Shown: positions 40,409-51,065 of the stretch, one piece after another
Layout of the letters: each line of letters opens with the position of its first letter
Numbering within the stretch: the stretch's first letter is position 1
Notes under the pieces: generated by a model
Database searches by the model: none
The model's input: the letters and a program-made list of their open reading frames with translations, nothing else
Told to the model about the DNA's origin: nothing
Origin: an uncultured Chloroflexia bacterium
Lineage (GTDB): Bacteria > Chloroflexota > Limnocylindria > Limnocylindrales > CSP1-4
Direction of reading: 5' to 3'
Assembly (NCBI GenBank): GCA_963766675.1
Contig: CAVYBA010000002.1
Location: forward strand, 220,624 to 284,623
Length of the DNA stretch: 64,000 nucleotides
Made by a program: the position numbers and the translations under genes

Positions 40409-43400
40409 GTGACTGGCCCCGCGTTCGGTGGGACCGGGCGAGGCACAGGAGCGCCGTCGCGGGCGACCGGGACGCGGGAAACCGTTGGCGCGATCCTCGT
40501 TGTCCTCGCGGCCGGGCTCGCCCTCCGCCTCATCATCGCACAACTGATCCCGGGCTCCGGCTTCGGCGTCGACATCGGCGCCTTTCGCGCATGGCTGGCC
40601 GATCTCGCCGCTCACGGGCCGTACGGCTTCTACGATCGGCCGTTCTTCCACGACTACACGCCCGGCTATCTGCTCGGCCTGTGGCTCATGGGCCTGCTCG
40701 GCAACGTCCTGCACTGGTCGTCCTGGATCGACGCGGTTCCCTCCTTCCGGTTCCTGACCGACCTCGATCTCAAGGCATTGCCGATCCTCGCGGACCTGGC
40801 CATCGGCTGGCTCGTCCACTCCATGGTCCTCGAGCTCGGCGGGCGTCGTCGGGTGGCCCTGGCGGCGGCCGCGATCGCCGTGCTCAACCCGATCTCCTGG
40901 TTCGACAGCGTCGTCTGGGGCCAGGTCGATTCGGTCGGCGTCGTCTTCCTGCTCCTCGGCCTGCGGGAGGTGTGGCGGGACCGGCCGGAACGGGCGGCGA
41001 TCCTTGCCGTCATCGCCGCGATCATCAAGCCGCAGCTGGGCATCCTCATCCCACTCGTCGCGGTCGTCACCATTCGACGGGCACTCTGGCCGGTCGACCG
41101 AGAGGCGGTTCCCGGCGGGACGGGGCGGCCGATCCGGATCGTGACCACCGCCGTTGCCGGGTTCCTGACCGCGGTCGTGCTGTGCCTGCCGTTCGGGTTG
41201 TCGGTCATCTCGTTCAGCGGCCAGGCGCCGTTCGTCAGCTCGGGCCTCCTGGAGCAGATCGCCAAGGCCGCGGGCGGCTACCCGTACCTGACGGTCAACG
41301 CGTACAATCTGTGGGCGTTGATGCCCGGCGATACCGGGAACAGCCTGGCAAGCACCGGCCAGTGGATCTGCGACTTCGCCGGGAGTGCCGACCAATGCGG
41401 GGCGGGCAGCGCAACCATCGCGGGCATCCCGACCGTCCTGATCGGCACGATGCTCCTCCTCGCCTCGATCGCGGTGGTCCTGTGGGTGGTGGCACGACGC
41501 CCGGACCGGCTGACCGTGCTCGTCGGGCTGGCCGTCCTGACCCTCGCCTTCTTCGCGGTCCCCACCCGCGTGCACGAGCGCTATGGCTACCCGTTCTTCG
41601 CGGTCGGCGTCATCCTGGCGGCCGTCTCCTGGCGCTGGCGGTGGGCCTACGTCGCGCTTGCCGCTGCGACGTTCGCGAACCTGTACGTCGTCCTGACCAC
41701 CCTCTATCCGGGCAACCCGTCGGTGATGGATTGGCTCGGCATCGGCGGTGCGATCCGATCGCAGGCCGGGGTGACGATCGTGGCCGCGGTCAATTCCGTG
41801 GCGTTCGTGTGGGCCTTCCTCCAGCTCCGCGGCGACCGTCGCCGAACGCTTGAAGACGAGCTCGCGCTGGCGACGGATTCGGACGCCGATTTCGAGTGGA
41901 CGCCGGCACCCGGTCCGGCCCCGGATGCGGCCGGTCCGGCCCCGGCGCCAGGTGGCGCCGAATCCGTCGACGGGCCGCTCCTCGGCTTGCCGGGGGCGGC
42001 GAGCACCGGCTTCGTTGCACCGCCACCGCCGGCACTGGATGCCGGCCCTTCGTTGCCGGTGGAGGGCGCGGGCCGCACCGGGCTGCCGACATGGTCGGCA
42101 CGGCCCGGTCTTGCCGAGCTCGGCGTCGTCGGCTGGTTCCGGTCCCGCCTCTTCGAACGATCGATCCGACCGGACCGCAGTGCGCTGCTCGCCCGCGAGG
42201 GCGGCGGGAAGTTCGATCGCCTCGACCTCTGGCTGCTCGTCGCGCTGGTCGTCGGGAGCCTCGTCCTGCGCACGTTCCGGCTCGAGGAGCCGTACCAGAT
42301 GCACTTCGACGAGGTCTATCACGCTCGAACGGCGACCGAGTTCCTGCAGGACTGGCGCTACGGCCTGTCCCACGACATCTACGAGTGGACGCACCCCCAC
42401 CTGGCCAAATACGTCATGGCGGCCGGGCTGGTCCTGTGGGGCGAGGATCATGTGGACGCCACGAGCGACCTCGGCGTCCCGGTCCGCGACGCCCTGATCG
42501 AACGACGGCGCGCAGATCCGACGGCACCCGGCGGCCAGGCGGGCGATCGCCTGCACATAGCCACCGGGACCGAGATCCGGACCTACGACCTCGAAACCCG
42601 GAAGCTGGTCTCGGTCGTGGCGGCGCCCGGCGCCTCGACGCTCGCGTTTGACTCGATCGGGGAGCAGTTGATCCTCGGCTACGACGACGGACGGATCGCG
42701 ACCCTCGACGCGACCGCGCTCGGGTTGGGCGGCGTCGACCTGGGGCTCGCGCCAACCGTCGTCGCGACCCTGGACCAGCCCGTTCGACACCTGCTGATGA
42801 CATCGGATGGGGCCTCGCTGGTCGCGGCGTCGGACGATCGCCTGTCCGTCGTCGACCTGCCGACCGGCAACGTGTCCGGCAGCCTCGATCTGCCGGGGAT
42901 CGAGGACCTGGCGCTGGGCGCCTCGGGCTCGGCGCTCGTCGCCACCGTCGCGGACGTGGGCGATCCCGCGGCGGCGGGCTCGCGCCTGGCGGATATCCTC
43001 GGCGGCCAGGCCGCCGACTATTCGTCGAAGCTGGCGAGCCCGGGCGTGGACGGGACGGTCGTGCTGGGCAGCCCGGGGACGGGCGACGTTCGCACGGCGC
43101 TCGACAAGGCCATCGCCGACGGGGAGCTGCCGGGGATCGATGTCGAGGACGTTCCCCGTGTCGCCGTCGCCACGAGCGCCGGCGTGGCGTTCGTCGATCC
43201 CCAGCGGGTCGGGTTGATCACGACGATGCCCCTCGACGGCGGTGCCCACGGGCTGGCGATGGTCACGGGCGTCGACGATCCGCGGCTGTACGCGACCACC
43301 GGACAGCCGGACAGCCCGGGGTACGAGGTGTTCGCCATCGGCGGCGATGTGGCGAAGGACGGGCCGGTCGACCAGGGCAAGCACCCGCTCCCGGCGCCCG

Positions 43401-45847
43401 GGACGCGGATCGTGTACGACGACGCGACCCAGATGGTCCACATCCTCGGCAGGATCCCGGGATCGACCGGGTCGGACGGCGATCCCTGGACCGTCTACGT
43501 GGTCGAGCCACACGGCAACGCGGTCTATGCCGACGCGCGCCTGCCGTCCGGGTTTGTCCCGGCCGCCTGGGCGGCCGACGTCGAGCCCGACTACCCGTCG
43601 GCCGATCGGGAGCAGCTGCTCGTGTTCGACGGCGCCGGGGCGTCCGCCTCGATCGCCGTCGGCTCCCACGCCTTCGCCTGGCGCCTGCCGGGAGTCATCG
43701 CCGGCGCGCTGACCGCGGGCCTGATCTTCCTGCTGGCCCGGATCCTGTTCCGCCGGCGGACCGTGGCCGTGCTCGCCGGGCTGTTCGTGCTGGTCGACGG
43801 GATGTTCTTCGTCCAGGCCCGGATCGGGATGAACGACGTCTACGTCGGCCTGTTCATCGTCGCGGCCTACACCGTCTTCGCGGCGATCTGGACCGGGTGG
43901 TGGCGTGGACGGCTGGCATTCTGGCTCGGCATGCCGATCATCGGCCTGCTGCTCGGCCTCGCCCTGGCGAGCAAGTGGGTGGCCGCCTATGCGATCGGCG
44001 CCCTGATCCTGCTGCTCCTCGTCCGCAGCGCGCTGGGCCGGCTCCTCGCCATCCTGGGCATGATCGGGATCACGGCCGTGCTCGGCTACATGGCGATCAG
44101 CGTGCCCGGCGGCGGAGGCTTCGGGAACCTGACCTTCCTGCTGATCATGGTCGCGCTCACCCTGCTGACGGTGGTGGTCACCGTCCTCCACCCGATCGCC
44201 TGGACCGACGAGGAGCTGCGCCTCGCCGTCCTCGCGCCGATGGCCCTTGGGACGCTGCTGTTCTTTGGCGCGTTGGCCATCGGCCGATTGCAGGCGACGT
44301 ACGTCGCGGGCCCGCTGTCGGTGACCCCGCTCCTCCTCGCGATTGCCCTCGGTCTCGGATCGCTGCTGGTGGCCGGGCTCTTCTGGCTGGCCGGCCGCCG
44401 GGGGTTCGGCCCGCTTGCCGGCCTGCCGGGACCGGACGACCCGACCCGCCTGCTCGAGCCGCCGGCGCCGGCGCCGGAGGGCTGGCTGCGCCTCGGCTCC
44501 GTGATCGGGTTGCCCATCCTGTGGGCCGCCGCGTCACTGATCGTGCTGCCGCTGGCGGTCTACGTCATCTCCTACATCCCGTGGGCGATGGTCGAAGGGC
44601 ACCGGATCGTGTCGGCCTGGGCGCCCCTCTGGGGTGACTGGCCGCCCGGGCATACCGGCCAGACGCTGATCGACCTGACCGGCCAGATGTACCGCTACCA
44701 CAACGGCCTCGCCGAGGCGCACCCGGCGTCGTCCCCATGGTGGGCCTGGCCGCTCGACATGAAACCGGTGTGGTTCTACCAGGAGGGTCTGGCCGCCTCC
44801 ACGTCGGCGTCCATCTACGACGCGGGCAATGTCGTCATCTGGTGGCTCGGCGTCCCGGCCATGGCGTTCGCCGCGTTGATGGCCTACAAGCGCCGCAGCC
44901 TCGCCCTCGCGCTCATCGCTGTCGGTTTCGCCGCGCAGTGGATCTCCTGGGCGCGAATCGATCGGCCGGCCTTCCAGTACCACTACTACACCGCGCTGCC
45001 GTTCGTGGTCCTCGCCCTGGCCTACTTCATGGCCGAGCTGTGGCATGGCGCGTCGCGCCACACGTGGCTGCTGGCACGGCTCGGAGCGGCGGTCGCCGTG
45101 GTCCTGCCCGCGCTGCTGTGGGTGCTGTCGCGGCCGCTGTGCGGGTTCGTCGACGTCGTGTCGGTCAACCCGGGGTCGCAAGCGTGTCCAGCGGTCATCC
45201 CGGACTTCGTGCTGACCGCGCGGACGGCCGGGCTCGCGATCGTGATCGCGATCGGCCTGATCGTGCTGATCGTCCGCTTCCTCGATTTCGACGTCGGAGG
45301 CGACCAGCACAGCGGACGTCAGCTGACCTCCGCGTTCGCTGCGGTCGCCAGGGTCGGAGCCGCGCTGGTGGCCGCGCTGGTCGTGGTCTCGTTCCTGCCG
45401 GACACGGCCATCCTGACCCTCACCAACCTGCCCGTCGAGCCGATCGCGATCGTTATCGCGGTGCCGCTCGGCTACTTCGCGCTGCAGGTCCTGGCGGCTC
45501 GCGACCCGCGCCGCTTCGTGGCAGGCTTCGTCGTCGCGGCCGTGGGCTGGTTCGCGATCCTCTATCCCAACATCGCCGCGCTGCCGTTGCCCGCGTCGAT
45601 CGTCAACGCGTACCAGGGCATCCTGCCGACCTACCTGTACGCGTTCCAGTTCCCGGTCAGCAAGATCGATCGCAACGTCGCGACCCCGATCCTGACACCG
45701 ACCTTTGCGCTCCTCACGGTCGCGCTGGTCGTGACCTGCCTGGTCGTCGCCTACTCGGCCTGGGTGTGGAGAGTGACGCTCGCGGACTCGAGGACCTCGT
45801 CCATCGATGAGTCCGACGACGGTCGGGTCCTGACCGGCGGCGCCTGA
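40409..45847 (+). CDS. Giant (1812 aa) membrane glycosyltransferase fusion: N-terminal GT87/DUF2029-like domain, a Pro/Ala-rich linker, a PMT (GT39) protein O-mannosyltransferase domain carrying a ~600-aa beta-propeller-like insert, and C-terminal PMT_2/4TMC-like helices
   Basis: N-domain DIGAFRAWLADLAAHGPYGFYDRPFFHDYTPGYLL (GT87-like). The PMT signature FDEVYHARTATEFL...HPHLAKYVMAAG follows at ~aa 590. Repeat-rich soluble insert (ILGYDDGRIATLD, LVAASDDRLSVVDL...). Distal TM blocks YHNGLAEAHPASSPWWAWPLDMKPVWFYQE. One uninterrupted frame. GTG start at 40409 is the first in-frame start before TM1. Confidence 0.7.
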   Translation: MTGPAFGGTGRGTGAPSRATGTRETVGAILVVLAAGLALRLIIAQLIPGSGFGVDIGAFRAWLADLAAHGPYGFYDRPFFHDYTPGYLLGLWLMGLLGNVLHWSSWIDAVPSFRFLTDLDLKALPILADLAIGWLVHSMVLELGGRRRVALAAAAIAVLNPISWFDSVVWGQVDSVGVVFLLLGLREVWRDRPERAAILAVIAAIIKPQLGILIPLVAVVTIRRALWPVDREAVPGGTGRPIRIVTTAVAGFLTAVVLCLPFGLSVISFSGQAPFVSSGLLEQIAKAAGGYPYLTVNAYNLWALMPGDTGNSLASTGQWICDFAGSADQCGAGSATIAGIPTVLIGTMLLLASIAVVLWVVARRPDRLTVLVGLAVLTLAFFAVPTRVHERYGYPFFAVGVILAAVSWRWRWAYVALAAATFANLYVVLTTLYPGNPSVMDWLGIGGAIRSQAGVTIVAAVNSVAFVWAFLQLRGDRRRTLEDELALATDSDADFEWTPAPGPAPDAAGPAPAPGGAESVDGPLLGLPGAASTGFVAPPPPALDAGPSLPVEGAGRTGLPTWSARPGLAELGVVGWFRSRLFERSIRPDRSALLAREGGGKFDRLDLWLLVALVVGSLVLRTFRLEEPYQMHFDEVYHARTATEFLQDWRYGLSHDIYEWTHPHLAKYVMAAGLVLWGEDHVDATSDLGVPVRDALIERRRADPTAPGGQAGDRLHIATGTEIRTYDLETRKLVSVVAAPGASTLAFDSIGEQLILGYDDGRIATLDATALGLGGVDLGLAPTVVATLDQPVRHLLMTSDGASLVAASDDRLSVVDLPTGNVSGSLDLPGIEDLALGASGSALVATVADVGDPAAAGSRLADILGGQAADYSSKLASPGVDGTVVLGSPGTGDVRTALDKAIADGELPGIDVEDVPRVAVATSAGVAFVDPQRVGLITTMPLDGGAHGLAMVTGVDDPRLYATTGQPDSPGYEVFAIGGDVAKDGPVDQGKHPLPAPGTRIVYDDATQMVHILGRIPGSTGSDGDPWTVYVVEPHGNAVYADARLPSGFVPAAWAADVEPDYPSADREQLLVFDGAGASASIAVGSHAFAWRLPGVIAGALTAGLIFLLARILFRRRTVAVLAGLFVLVDGMFFVQARIGMNDVYVGLFIVAAYTVFAAIWTGWWRGRLAFWLGMPIIGLLLGLALASKWVAAYAIGALILLLLVRSALGRLLAILGMIGITAVLGYMAISVPGGGGFGNLTFLLIMVALTLLTVVVTVLHPIAWTDEELRLAVLAPMALGTLLFFGALAIGRLQATYVAGPLSVTPLLLAIALGLGSLLVAGLFWLAGRRGFGPLAGLPGPDDPTRLLEPPAPAPEGWLRLGSVIGLPILWAAASLIVLPLAVYVISYIPWAMVEGHRIVSAWAPLWGDWPPGHTGQTLIDLTGQMYRYHNGLAEAHPASSPWWAWPLDMKPVWFYQEGLAASTSASIYDAGNVVIWWLGVPAMAFAALMAYKRRSLALALIAVGFAAQWISWARIDRPAFQYHYYTALPFVVLALAYFMAELWHGASRHTWLLARLGAAVAVVLPALLWVLSRPLCGFVDVVSVNPGSQACPAVIPDFVLTARTAGLAIVIAIGLIVLIVRFLDFDVGGDQHSGRQLTSAFAAVARVGAALVAALVVVSFLPDTAILTLTNLPVEPIAIVIAVPLGYFALQVLAARDPRRFVAGFVVAAVGWFAILYPNIAALPLPASIVNAYQGILPTYLYAFQFPVSKIDRNVATPILTPTFALLTVALVVTCLVVAYSAWVWRVTLADSRTSSIDESDDGRVLTGGA

Positions 45848-46998
45848 GGCACCGGCGCCCGGAAGTCGTCCGGCAACGCACCCGCGGCGGCCAGGCGGCG
45901 GATGACGAAGCCGTAGTAGTCCTCGACCCGGGCCGCAACCCTTGGCCAGCTGAACTCGTCGGCGCGAACCCGTCCGGCGGCGCCCATCTGCGCGCGAAGA
46001 CCCGGGTCGGCGAGGAGTCGGGCGATCGCGGCGGCCAGCTCCTTGGGCTCGTGCGGTGGCACCAGCAGGCCCTCGCGGCCGCGACGGACCACGCCCTTGT
46101 AGCCGTGGATGTCGGAGGCCACGATCGGCGCCCCGGCGGCCATCGCCTCGAGCAGCACGATCCCGAACGATTCGCGACCGGTGGCCGGGGCCGCGAACAC
46201 GTCGACCGTCCGGAACAGCTGCGCCTTCTCGTCGTCCGACACGCGGCCGAGGAACTCGACCGCCTGAAGCCCGCGCGTGGCGACGTAGCGGCGCGCCTCG
46301 CGCTCCTGTGGCCCGGAGCCGACGATCAGCAGCCGGTTGCCCGATCCGGTCCTGCGCAGGATCCGGTGGGCCTTGAGCAGGTCGAGGAGGCCTTTGCGCG
46401 GCTCATGGCGGCCGACGAACAGGACGTTCGGCGTCCCGTCCTGCCAGCGCGCAATCGGGACCGCGGAGGCGAAGCGCGGCACGTCGACGCCGTTCGGGAT
46501 CACCTTGTAATCGCCCGGGAAGAACCGGTCGATGAAGTGCCGCGCCGCGGCGCTCACCGCGATTCGGCCGTGCAGCCGTGCTGCGTGCCCGCCCATCACC
46601 CGGCTGCCCAGCTCGTATGACGGCGAGAAGCCGGCGTAGGCGTGGAACGTCGCGATATTGACGCTGCGCGACTCGCGCAGCAGGAAGAGCGACAGGAACG
46701 GCACGAATGGCTCGTGGAAGTGGAGCAGGTCGAATCGCTCGCGCTCGAGCAGCTGGCGGACCTGGACGATGTAGCGTGGCGAGAAGGTCAGGGTCCCGAC
46801 CGAGCCGTTGGTCGGCATGCTGAACCCGACGCCGATCCGCAGGATGTCGCCCTCCGACGCGCGTTGCGGGCCATGGCTGGCGGTGATGATCCGGACATCG
46901 TGGCCGCGCAACCGGAGGTTCTCGTACAGGAACCGGACATGCTGGGCGACGCCGCCCGACTCGGGGTAGATGTACGGGCAGACGAGGCCGATCTTCAT
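45751..46998 (-). CDS. pimA: GT4 glycosyltransferase, PimA-like (GDP-mannose-dependent phosphatidylinositol mannosyltransferase)
   Basis: MKIGLVCPYIYPESGGVAQHV... N-terminus and the GT-B EX7E region (ESFGIVLLEAMAAG) resemble mycobacterial PimA. The clustered PI genes support the assignment. 97-nt convergent overlap with the upstream giant gene. Confidence 0.7.
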   Translation of the reverse strand: MKIGLVCPYIYPESGGVAQHVRFLYENLRLRGHDVRIITASHGPQRASEGDILRIGVGFSMPTNGSVGTLTFSPRYIVQVRQLLERERFDLLHFHEPFVPFLSLFLLRESRSVNIATFHAYAGFSPSYELGSRVMGGHAARLHGRIAVSAAARHFIDRFFPGDYKVIPNGVDVPRFASAVPIARWQDGTPNVLFVGRHEPRKGLLDLLKAHRILRRTGSGNRLLIVGSGPQEREARRYVATRGLQAVEFLGRVSDDEKAQLFRTVDVFAAPATGRESFGIVLLEAMAAGAPIVASDIHGYKGVVRRGREGLLVPPHEPKELAAAIARLLADPGLRAQMGAAGRVRADEFSWPRVAARVEDYYGFVIRRLAAAGALPDDFRAPVPQAPPVRTRPSSDSSMDEVLESASVTLHTQAE

Positions 46999-47822
46999 GG
47001 CCCGCGCCGCTCCTCCGGCCCGGACGGTTCGAACCGCGGTGGTCGCAGACGGCCGCCCGGATAGCCGTGGTCGCGGCCCGTGCCATCTCGCCGAAGCCGG
47101 CCGCCCAGCTCATCCCTGGCGTCGCGGCCGCGCTTTCTCAGCTGCTGGCCGAACGTCCCGAGCTGCCCGACCGTCGGGTGGAAGGTGCCGCCATGCTCGG
47201 TCGTGCGGGCTTCGATCGCCCGCCGCAGGTCGGCCGCGTCGCGACCCGCGAAGAGGGTCCAGCCGGAAGCGATCGCCGCCAGGGCGTGCGCGTCGCTGTT
47301 GCCCAGGTGGGCCAGGCCGTGGGCGTCGGCGAACTCGGTGACCCGTTTGTGCGCGGGCCGGCCGAGCGTGGTTGGGTTGAACGTCTCGAGCGCGTCGGGA
47401 CGGACGGCCGGATCGGGGTCGTCGAGGAGGCGTCGAAGGACCCAGCCCTGGGCGCACAGTGGGTACGGAACGAGCGGATGGGCCGGGATCGCGAGCCCGC
47501 CCGCCTCGTGCACCGCGGCGATCGTCGCGCGGAGCGAGCGATACGGCCGGATCTGCCGGTCGATGTACAGCGCGAGCAGATGGCCGCCGAGCGTGGTCAC
47601 CTCCTCGCCGACCACGACCTCGAATCGAAGGCCCAGGTCCCGGGCCATGGCCCGTGCGGCCACGGCCGCATCGATCCGCTCGTGATCGGCGATGCCGATC
47701 ACGGCGAGGTCCGTCCGCTGCTCGACGTGATCGAGGATTGCGGCGACGGTTGCCGTACCGTCGCTGGCCACCGTGTGGATGTGCAGGTCGGCGCGACTGC
47801 GGCCATCCCTCGGGTCAGGCAT
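46995..47822 (-). CDS. PHP-domain metal-dependent phosphoesterase
   Basis: ADLHIHTVASDG...IADHE PHP motifs. Start MPDPRDG at 47822 overlaps the upstream gene end. Confidence 0.7.
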   Translation of the reverse strand: MPDPRDGRSRADLHIHTVASDGTATVAAILDHVEQRTDLAVIGIADHERIDAAVAARAMARDLGLRFEVVVGEEVTTLGGHLLALYIDRQIRPYRSLRATIAAVHEAGGLAIPAHPLVPYPLCAQGWVLRRLLDDPDPAVRPDALETFNPTTLGRPAHKRVTEFADAHGLAHLGNSDAHALAAIASGWTLFAGRDAADLRRAIEARTTEHGGTFHPTVGQLGTFGQQLRKRGRDARDELGGRLRRDGTGRDHGYPGGRLRPPRFEPSGPEERRGP

Positions 47823-48738
47823 GTGCCACCTCCAGGTCCGCCCAGATCGGGAAGAAGACGGCCCACCACTGCTCGGGCGCGGTGGCGACAGTCCGTTCGA
47901 ATGCAGCGGCCAGGCCGGACATCGCGGCCGTGACCCGTTCGCGGCGCGTACCATCGGCGGGCACCGGCACCGCCTCCAGCCCGCCCCGGTAGCGTGCCGT
48001 CCCGGTCCGCCGAACGCCGACCACGTAGAGCGGCGCGCCGCTCTCGACGGCCAGCATCGCCGGTCCGAGCGGCAGGTTCGCCGGCGCCCCGAACAGCCGG
48101 ATCGGTAGCCCGCCTCCGGTCAGGTCGCGATCGCCGACGAGTCCGACGGAGGTCCCATCGCGAAGCGCCCTGAGCAGCTCGCGGCGCGCCTCCCGCAGTC
48201 CCACGATGCGAACGCCGGCGGCGCCGCGAGTCCGGACGAAGAAGTCCTGGAGCCCTGCGTCGTCGACGGTCTCCATGGGCGCGACGGCGCCGCCGACCCT
48301 CGCTGCAAGGAACAGCGCGGGCAGCTCGATCGCCCCGAAATGGAGCCCGACGAAGATGACCGGGCCGCCGCGCCCGAACGCCTCGGCGACGACGTCGGGC
48401 GTCTCGACCACGAGCCGGTGCTCGATCTCGCGCGCCGTCAGGCACGGCGTCCGCGCGACCTCGAGGTAATACCGCGCGCTGTGCCGGAACGCGGCGCGTA
48501 CCAGTCGTTCGAGGGCGCGGGGATCGGTCGCGGCGTCCTTCGCGGCCGGCGTCCCGCGCCCGTCCGACGCAAGCGAGGCGCAGACCCGTCGGAGGTTCCG
48601 GCGCGCCTGCGCCGCACGGCCGGGTGACACGCGATACCACACAGCGCCGACCAGGTCGGCCAGTCGAACGAGCGGACCTTCGGGCAGGTGGCAGGCCAGC
48701 CAGGAGGCGGCGATCAGGACTCGGGTCCGGATCGTCAC
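47815..48738 (-). CDS. Lysophospholipid/lipid A-type acyltransferase (LPLAT, HtrB/PatA-like)
   Basis: Lipid A biosynthesis acyltransferase family motifs (HFGAIEL, VGLVGDRDLTGGG). Analogous to the PIM acyltransferase PatA next to pimA in mycobacteria. Confidence 0.7.
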   Translation of the reverse strand: MTIRTRVLIAASWLACHLPEGPLVRLADLVGAVWYRVSPGRAAQARRNLRRVCASLASDGRGTPAAKDAATDPRALERLVRAAFRHSARYYLEVARTPCLTAREIEHRLVVETPDVVAEAFGRGGPVIFVGLHFGAIELPALFLAARVGGAVAPMETVDDAGLQDFFVRTRGAAGVRIVGLREARRELLRALRDGTSVGLVGDRDLTGGGLPIRLFGAPANLPLGPAMLAVESGAPLYVVGVRRTGTARYRGGLEAVPVPADGTRRERVTAAMSGLAAAFERTVATAPEQWWAVFFPIWADLEVAHA

Positions 48739-49805
48739 CCGGCGGCCTCCTCCGAAGTGGCGGCTGACGGTGCCGCGGCGTCGGCCTCGTCACGGGGCAG
48801 GCCGCGGTTCGGGCCGGGGTCGGGGACACCGGCCTGCATCAGCGTCGCGCGTCGTTCGAGGTCGGCGGCCTCGGCCTCCCCGGTCGGCCAGATCGGCTTG
48901 AAGCTGTACCACTGCTCCGGAGCGAGACGGATGGTCGCGGCCAGCGCGTCCGCCATCGCCTGCGTGGCGCGTTGCAGCTCGGCCGGATCGGACGAGGCGA
49001 CGCTGATCGGCTCCGGCCAGGTGACGCCGAACCGGCCACCGTCGTTGCGCCGGATCCCGATGGGCAGGATCCGTGAGCCGGTCTTCGCGGCGAGGGTCGC
49101 CGGGCCCGCCGGCATCGTCGTCCAGGCGCCCATGAACCGGACCGGGATGCCGTCACTCCGGTAGCCCCAGTCCACCAGCAGGGCCAGCATCTCGCGACGC
49201 CGGAGCACGCTGAAGATCTCGCGCAGGTTCCGCCACGGGATCATCCGGACACCCCAGCTCTCGCGCTGCTGGCGGAGGAGCTCGTACATCTCGGGAAACG
49301 CGGAGTCGTCCGCGACGACGCTGATCGGCAGGCCATGGTGGGCGATCCCGGCCGCCACGGCCTCGTTGTTGCCGACGTGCCCGGCGGCCAGGATCAACCC
49401 GCCGCCGGGCGCGTCGCCCCAGATCGCCCGGATGTCGTCGGCGTCGAGGTCGGCCAGCTCGCTCCGCCGGTTGGCCGGCAGGGTCGGCAGCCGCATGAGC
49501 TCGACGAGGTATCGACCGTACTCGCGGTAGGCGCGCAATGCGAGACGGCGCACCCGCGGATCGTCGGGCGGCAGGTCGAGGACATGGCCGAAGTTCTGGT
49601 TCGACCAGCGTCGCTTGGCCGGCCAGGCCCAGTAGGAGGCCTGCGACAGGCGCCCGATCACGGCGCGGCCCAGCCCGGCCGGCAACACGCCAAGGAGCCA
49701 GGTCGTGCCGCGATAGCCGGCGACGGCGGCGCGCTCGACGATCCGTGGGCTCGACGTGCCGCCGCGCCGGTGTGGCGCTTCGAGCTGCCGCTGACGATCG
49801 GTCAC
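48735..49805 (-). CDS. Second LPLAT-family acyltransferase (paralogue, tandem)
   Basis: [14 protein letters not shown] (HX4-like region), [38 protein letters not shown] start near 49805. The ORF-track 5' extension looks non-coding. Confidence 0.65.
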   Translation of the reverse strand: MTDRQRQLEAPHRRGGTSSPRIVERAAVAGYRGTTWLLGVLPAGLGRAVIGRLSQASYWAWPAKRRWSNQNFGHVLDLPPDDPRVRRLALRAYREYGRYLVELMRLPTLPANRRSELADLDADDIRAIWGDAPGGGLILAAGHVGNNEAVAAGIAHHGLPISVVADDSAFPEMYELLRQQRESWGVRMIPWRNLREIFSVLRRREMLALLVDWGYRSDGIPVRFMGAWTTMPAGPATLAAKTGSRILPIGIRRNDGGRFGVTWPEPISVASSDPAELQRATQAMADALAATIRLAPEQWYSFKPIWPTGEAEAADLERRATLMQAGVPDPGPNRGLPRDEADAAAPSAATSEEAAG

Positions 49806-51040
49806 CTGGCTGCGGCGGCCACCTTGGCCTTCGTGCCGGCCATCCGCTTGAGCGCGCGCTTGGCCGGGGCTTCGGTCCCGACCAGCGTCTCGTTGTCCTC
49901 GCCGCGGATGAAGGCCTCGACGCGGTTGAACGCGATGTCGTCGTGGATCTGCATCGGCGGGCTCTTCATGAAGTAGCTGGCGGGGGCTACGAGGGTGCCC
50001 TTCAGACCGCGGTCGAGACCGAGCTTCAGGCAGCGGATCGCGTCGGTGATGACGCCGGCGCTGTTGGGGCTGTCCCAGACCTCGAGCTTGAGCTCCGCGT
50101 TGAGCGGCACGTCGCCGTAGGTCGTGCCCTCCATCCGGATGTAGCACCACTTCCGGTCGAGCAGCCACGGCACGTGGTCGCTCGGCCCGACGTGGATGTC
50201 GTCCGTGTCGATCTCGTAGTCGAGCATCGACGTGACGGCGTTGGTCTTGCTGATCTTCTTGGACTCGAGGCGCTCGCGCTCGAGCATGTTCAGGAAGTCC
50301 GTGTTGCCGCCGAAGTTGAGCTGGTAGGTGCGATCCAGGCGAACGCCTCGGTCCATGAACAGGCGGGTGAGCACGCGATGGGTGATGGTCGCCCCGACCT
50401 GGCTCTTGATGTCGTCACCGATCACAGGCAGGCCGGCCTCGGCGAAGCGGCGCTGCCAGTAGGCCTCGCGGCCGATGAAGACCGGGATCGCGTTGATGAA
50501 CGCGACGCCGGCGGCCAGCGCCTGCTCCACGTACCACTTGGTGGCCTCTTCGGAACCGACCGGCAGGTACGAGACCATGACGTCGACTTCGCGCTCCTTG
50601 AGGATCCCCACGATGTCGGCCGTGGGACCGGGCGCCTTCTCGATGATCTGGCTCAGGTACTTGCCCAGGCCGTCGTGAGTCATCCCACGCTCGACGGTGA
50701 CGCCGGTGTGCGGGACCTGCTGGAAGACGTACGTGTTGTTCGGCTTGGTGTAGATCGCTTCCGACAGGTCCTTGCCGACCTTGTTCTTGTCGATGTCGAA
50801 GGCGGCCACGAAGTCGATGTCGCGGATGTGGTAGCCGCCCAGGTTGACGTGCATCAGCCCGGGGACGAAGTCGTCCTCCTTGGCGTTCTCGTAGTAGTAG
50901 CGACCCTGGACGAGACTGCTCGCGCAGTTGCCCACGCCGACGATGGCGACCCGGATCTTGCCGTCGCCGCGCCGTCCCGATCCCGCCCAGGTGTTGTCGG
51001 GGGTCGAGCCGTTCTGGCCGTTGCTGCCGTTCTTGCTCAC
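49802..51040 (-). CDS. ino1: myo-Inositol-1-phosphate synthase
   Basis: [25 protein letters not shown]-binding and catalytic core of MIPS. GTG start with an AAGGAG RBS 8 nt upstream. Confidence 0.88.
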   Translation of the reverse strand: MSKNGSNGQNGSTPDNTWAGSGRRGDGKIRVAIVGVGNCASSLVQGRYYYENAKEDDFVPGLMHVNLGGYHIRDIDFVAAFDIDKNKVGKDLSEAIYTKPNNTYVFQQVPHTGVTVERGMTHDGLGKYLSQIIEKAPGPTADIVGILKEREVDVMVSYLPVGSEEATKWYVEQALAAGVAFINAIPVFIGREAYWQRRFAEAGLPVIGDDIKSQVGATITHRVLTRLFMDRGVRLDRTYQLNFGGNTDFLNMLERERLESKKISKTNAVTSMLDYEIDTDDIHVGPSDHVPWLLDRKWCYIRMEGTTYGDVPLNAELKLEVWDSPNSAGVITDAIRCLKLGLDRGLKGTLVAPASYFMKSPPMQIHDDIAFNRVEAFIRGEDNETLVGTEAPAKRALKRMAGTKAKVAAAAR

Positions 51041-51065
51041 GTTCGTTCTCCGTGCTCCTTGGGGC

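Noticed and set aside
39728-44191. 1487-aa minus-strand ORF, plus several other 400-1600-aa ORFs (e.g. 21313-26193 +, 12372-15590 +, 5987-7236, 17208-18719 -) with Arg/Gly/Pro-dominated translations
   Set aside because: They run antisense or out-of-frame to well-supported genes (the giant GT fusion, VanW/jag/yidC, Pat, ureC, the response regulator) and have the composition expected from stop-poor frames in 70% GC DNA. The only real coding segment in 39728-44191 is its last ~130 codons, which are the N-terminus of the ArnT-like gene.
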